This document shows, piece after piece, positions 63,421 to 64,000 of a stretch of DNA of 64,000 nt. The position numbers and the translations under genes were made by a program. Under the pieces are notes generated by a model. It did no database searches. It was not told the DNA's origin and worked only from the letters and a program-made list of their open reading frames with translations. The stretch comes from Hydrolagus colliei (Eukaryota), in contig CM068759.1 of NCBI GenBank assembly GCA_035084275.1, positions 4,092,001 through 4,156,000 of the forward strand, written 5' to 3'. Numbering within the stretch: position 1 is the stretch's first letter; each line of letters starts with the position of its first letter.

Positions 63421-64000
63421 TAGTGCATAAACTGGATAAATGCATGCAAATAGATTTTAAAATAAGAAAGAATAAACAAACGCATGTAATGAACGTGTGA
63501 ACAGCAGCACAGGTGAAGAGGAAATTATTGACATAGGGCAAAGTGTGAGTTAAAAGGAAAGCCTCACCCATTAAATTCAACGCTGAAAAAGAAGGTGTAT
63601 TGTTGAAAAGTGCCAGTACAGTGTGTGTATGGTCTGTGTGTGTGTTAATCCACAAAAAGATTTATTTCTTCCACTTCTGTGGTTATTCTAAACAGTCTCC
63701 TATGAGTGTATACAGTAAATTGCTTTACTCTCTGCATTAGTTTGAATTCAAATATCCTTTGCTCCAAAAAAGTCATAACACTTTACAGTATATCCTGTGA
63801 AGTGCCTTAAGACTTCTGGGATGATATTATCAGCATCCTTTGTAAATGCTGCTTATGAATCAACTTTGTGTATTCTTCTTTACATTTAAAATGCTAAACA
63901 GTAGTTATTTATATGCAGTTTAAAAAAAAGTAAAGACAATTTTATTTTGCAGCTGAACCAGTTGCAGTATCTCATTATGGAAAAATATTTGCACTGTTCT

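Overview
This is vertebrate genomic DNA, not prokaryotic. The repeat content (abundant DeuSINE-type SINEs, L2/CR1 fragments) suggests a cartilaginous fish, which is an inference. The window holds a complete PTPN1 (PTP1B) gene on the + strand: 9 coding exons from 13839 to 53228, all GT-AG, 1305 nt giving 434 aa, with a 32.6 kb first intron and a CpG-island promoter. The last four coding exons of RIPOR3 (FAM65C) lie on the - strand (60756-62707), tail-to-tail as in mammals. The rest is introns and intergenic DNA with SINEs, decayed LINEs, three TIR/TSD-bounded non-autonomous DNA transposons and a 257-N gap. I see no evidence for a new multi-gene system. The most interesting signals are regulatory or evolutionary: a ZNF143-site cluster, a short uORF, an apparently deeply conserved 3'UTR block with a triloop hairpin, an unspliced -ACFH C-terminus, a SINE fused to a splice acceptor, a MITE nested in a SINE, and a perfect 101-bp duplication. 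Comparisons to human or mouse are from recall and need checking by alignment. Repeat boundaries are approximate unless TIRs/TSDs are given.
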